Positions 61,550 to 64,000 of a stretch of DNA of 64,000 bases are shown one piece after another. The stretch is from assembly GCA_964016885.1 (NCBI GenBank), contig OZ024742.1, forward strand, positions 174,468,001-174,532,000, written 5' to 3'. Numbering within the stretch: the first letter of the stretch is position 1; each line of letters opens with the position of its first letter. A program made the position numbers and the translations under genes. The notes beneath the pieces are model-generated. The model saw only the letters and a program-made list of their open reading frames with translations. It was not told the DNA's origin and searched no databases. Source of the DNA: Eledone cirrhosa (taxonomy: Eukaryota).

Positions 61550-63848
61550 TTAGTAAAAGGAAAAGAAAATGCTGACAAATTTTCCCCGGTGAAAAATAGT
61601 TTAATTAGGAATAAGTATAAATTAGTAATATGTATTGGTTAGTATTCAGTTTTAGTTTTAAGTTATTACCGGTTGCGCATTTCTAATGCTTTTCAAAAAT
61701 AATTTTGAGATAGAGCGCTCGTGATGTTTGCTCTAATCTGATCAGTTTTGGAAATTCTTCCTGTTTTATGTGAAAAAAGTGGCTCCAGAGGTATTAAGAT
61801 TTGGTTGGTTGTTGAATGTCACGTGAGTGAATACTATAAATTTCGCGCCAATTCGTGTTGCAAAAATTCATGTAGTCAAAACAATTTTGATTGGTCGGTA
61901 GAGGTCACGTGAATGTTAAAAATTGATTTTGCGCCAAATGTAGGTTTGTCGAAGAGTGTCCTTTTTCGACTGATTGAGAAGTCACTGAAAAATAAGTCTT
62001 TTAAGACAAATATGTGTGTGTGTGTGTAGTAAAGAGGTTCATTGTTGTGATAATGGTCAGTAGGGATGTGTGTGTGAATTGCAGTCATGTTGAAAGGTCA
62101 ACAGTTCAGGTGTCTATTAAGACAAATATGTGTGTGTGTGTAGCAGAGTGGTTCGTGGTAGAGGGAATAAATTTGGTCAGTAGGAATGTGTGTGGGGGAT
62201 ATTTTAACATGTTGAAAGATATTTTTCAACTCTTGTTTTATACGGAGAAGTGTGTATGTGTGTGTATGTCTGTTTGTATGTTAGTGTATGTGTGTGTGTA
62301 TATGTGTGTGTGGATGGACCAGTATGTTTGTGATACTGGTAAAAATGGTGTACATTATTCGATATTTTCAGTAATTTGCAAAAACGATTCTCTCAAAAGA
62401 ACATAAAAAAGATTAATAATAAAAGGGGTGAAATGATGTATAGTATTGTCATAATACCAAGGTGTGTGTGAGTGTCCATATTGTACGTACTGCAAGGGGA
62501 ATCCATTAGGCCCTGCCGTATGGGAATACTTGTGTACAAATATGTATGTGCCCATCAGTGTGAAATGCATGTGTGCGTATATGTATGTGTATGTGTCGGC
62601 ACGTTTATATCTATAAACATCAAAAGGTATGCAAATGTGTGTATATTTGTGTTGCACTATAGAACATGTGTGTTTACGTATGTCATTGTGTTGATATGTC
62701 GATAGAAATGTATGTAGGATGTATGCTGATGTAGGTATGTATGTTGACGTGTGTATGTTGTGGGTTCGTCTTAGGGAGAAGTGTTTAGACGGGGTCCGCA
62801 TTTGTTAATAAAGTGAAATTCCTTGCTGATGCGCTGGGTGTGGGTGGCATTATCTTTAAATTTGTAGAAGGGAAAGATTCTAAAGATGGGATGATTTTGG
62901 GCGGCACAGGTATCAATGTGTTCACTCAGTTGTATTTTTCTTTAATCCCTTATTTTAATTTGGGATATATGGACAGTCATGCATTGGCGGAGGCTGTTTT
63001 TAGTCTGGCCTATGTATTGTTCTCGACAACCTGAGCAAGTTAATACATATATTAGATTTTCTGATGCGCATGTGAAATTGTGTTTTACTATAAAACGTTG
63101 TCCTTTGAAATAGAATTCCGAACTCTCTATTAGGTTGATGCATATGCCACAGTTGGGTCTATCGCATTTTTTTTACTGTGGGTTTCTTTGTTGTGGTTGG
63201 CAGTAATTTGGCATGTGTTAGGATGTTTTTCATTGACTTAGATTGTCTTTTGCTCTTTATGACATCGGGTGTTCGAAGGATTTGGTTCATTCTTTGGTCC
63301 TCTTTTAAGACAGTGATGTTCTGGAGGATGGTGTCAAAGGCCTCATTGTTGAGGTGGTTGTGTGTGGAGATGTATGGAAGAGCTTTTAGTTTCGGTTGAT
63401 TTACTTTCGGTTTTCTAAGGTCCTGGGTACTGAGTTTTAGGGCACGTTGGATTCCATTGTCAATTAGTGATGCAGGGTAGTTTCTGCCTATGTGTGTGTC
63501 CTTCAGTTTTTGTAGCCGTAAGTAACAGGTGTTTTTATTGGAGACTATAGTACAGATTCTCTTGGCTAAGTTGTAGGGAATATTAATTTTAACGTGTCTA
63601 GGGTGGCAAGAGTTGAAAGGAAGATAGGATTTGGAGTCTGTGGGCTTGTAGTATATGTCTGTTTCTATTTTTTGTTATGAATCTTAATGAGGATGTCGAG
63701 GAAGGGAAGTTGTTGATGGCTGTATTCCATCGTAAAGTTAATATTCGTGTTGAGCCCATTTATAAAGGTGTGAAATTCTTTAAGTTTCTCGATGTTTTCG
63801 TGCAAAAGGATGAAGCAGTCATCTAGATATCGCTTCCAGTTCTTTTCT
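61550..63848 (-). mobile_element. 5'-truncated Penelope-like element (RT C-half, GIY-YIG, pseudo-LTR with degenerate HHR at ~61663-61702)
   Basis: The minus strand reads WKRYLDDCF, QLPFLDILI, DIYYKPTDSKSYLPFNSCHPRH, CGIC, FTCASENLIY, GQTKNSLRQ and GPRLN-stop (62771), with frameshifts. Both ends lie in (TA)n. Confidence 0.9.
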
Positions 63849-63868
63849 ATATATATATATATATATAT

Positions 63869-64000
63869 GTCGCCTGGCGGACCGAGTCACGGAGCACCTC
63901 CGGGATATTCGTCTCGGGGGCAGTTCCCCCATCGCCCGCCACTTTGGTGGCCCTGGACACTCCGCACGGCATCTCACAGTCTGTGGTCTACTCCAGTGCC
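63869..64000 (+). mobile_element. GIY-YIG region of a second, GC-rich Penelope-like element (continues past the window)
   Basis: Translates RLADRVTEHLRDIRLGGSSPIARHFGGPGHS, the typical post-GIY-YIG R..EH..I..P.A.HF motif. It begins at (TA)n. Confidence 0.75.

Overview
This is AT-rich, microsatellite-dense metazoan DNA with a 200-N gap at 56972-57171. The SINE/LINE repertoire resembles a coleoid cephalopod, probably Octopus (inference). I found no host protein-coding exon I can support, so the window is intergenic or intronic and almost entirely repeats. These include a 56-bp satellite array, RTE LINEs with a PHD-like finger, R4/Dong-type LINEs, two Tx1-type LINEs, Penelope-like elements (PLEs), a CR1-type 3' end, a mariner relic, MITEs and several tRNA-derived SINE families. 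The most interesting signal is non-coding: about a dozen type-I hammerhead ribozyme (HHR) motifs from several unrelated families, mostly in or next to (TA)n tracts. The best case is a retrozyme-like cluster at 57.2-59.0 kb, with a ~558-nt tandemly joined monomer carrying one HHR. Two copies (58807 and 5623) begin at the predicted self-cleavage site, and several cores show the compensatory U3-A8 variant. All folds were paired by eye, and coordinates of degraded elements are approximate.
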